DNA of 64,000 nt from NCBI GenBank assembly GCA_030390025.1, contig CM059433.1:26786001-26850000 (forward strand). Direction: 5' to 3'. How positions within the stretch are numbered: the stretch's first letter is position 1; every line of letters begins with the position of its first letter. Positions 63,316 through 64,000 of the stretch are shown piece after piece. The position numbers were made by a program, and so were the translations under genes. The notes under the pieces were generated by a model. The model was not told the DNA's origin and searched no databases. It worked only from the letters and a program-made list of their open reading frames with translations. The stretch is from Squalus acanthias. Its lineage: Eukaryota.

Positions 63316-64000
63316 TAGCTAGGGTGGGGGGAAAGGATAGTACAGGTGCCAGCTCTCCGGAGGGCGAGGTCGCACACTAGTTCTGCTGCAGAGGACTCCA
63401 ATGAGGACTATGATGGACCAGACTACAGAAGAAGGCTGATGAGTCTACACATCCAAATGCTTGGTGTACTGGAAGGCCTGACAGAAAGTTTGCACTCAAT
63501 GTCAAGGAGCATGGAGGAGTCCAGCACCAACTTGGCACAGGGCTTTGCGCAGAGCTTGGAGCCCATCCTTTCCAAAATGGAATGGGAGGTTACCTCCATC
63601 AGCATGTCTGTGGGACCCACCCTGATGCAGCGTCTGATGGCCGTGTCACAGCTTCCATTGCAGCACAAGCAGCTTTCATCAAAGGTCTGATTGCTGCAGT
63701 GGAAGCTCAGACTGTTGCCCTCATGGGTCTGGATACCACTGTTCAAAGGGGCTCCCAGGGCCTCACAGCAGTCCAGCAATCTGTTCTCCAACTGATCAGT
63801 AGGAATGCTGAGGTGCTGCCCCGGGAGAGTGACAGTGGCTCCATGTTGCACAAACCTGCTGTGCTCTCTCAGGATGACAGCATTCGTGCTCCCACCCCTG
63901 CCACTCTGCCAGTGCCCTTGCTATTACCTGTCAGCCAGCCAGCCCAGACTGCTGCAGCCCAGGCCGAGATGGTGCAGTCTGAAGCCAGGCCTTCTAGGCC

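Larger units (their letters stand above)
60124..64000 (+). mobile_element. Harbinger-type transposon arm with decayed Myb/SANT partner gene (interrupted; runs off the window)
   Basis: From ATG 60431: MADHARERAP / DAALEALVEEVKRRRDVLYPQGGKRPSRQMLSR*WEEVTEEVNARSVARRTWMECRKKFNDL (frameshift and stop). Later exon-like blocks at ~60955, ~61260 and 63320-64000. Confidence 0.85.

Overview
Eukaryotic, repeat-rich vertebrate DNA; the repeat families (CR1/L2 LINEs, Deu-domain SINEs, Penelope, PIF/Harbinger) point to a cartilaginous fish, probably a shark. The only host gene I can support is BMP5 on the minus strand: coding exon 1 (55655->55244, 137 codons plus a phase-1 GT donor), with a CpG-rich 5'UTR/promoter to its right. 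I did not find exon 2 by eye, so positions 1-55243 appear to be intron 1. The rest is decayed and often nested transposable elements: CR1-clade LINEs of at least two families, L2 tails, a Penelope element with a GIY-YIG remnant, SacSINE1/DeuSINE-like SINEs, three decayed Harbinger elements (transposase and/or Myb/SANT gene) and about ten Harbinger-type MITEs, most with 3-bp TSDs. There are also two minisatellites and a 1.1 kb GATA/GACA array just inside intron 1. There is no prokaryotic system, CRISPR array or intact mobile-element gene. The most unusual items are a tRNA-SINE head fused to a LINE ORF2 shrunk by many small deletions, a three-level transposon nest, a free-standing ~170 bp hairpin, TGACAG palindromes and a possible poison micro-exon carried by MITEs, and a ~70 bp duplication flanking a composite insertion. 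All family names come from recognition by eye, not database searches; most element boundaries are approximate.
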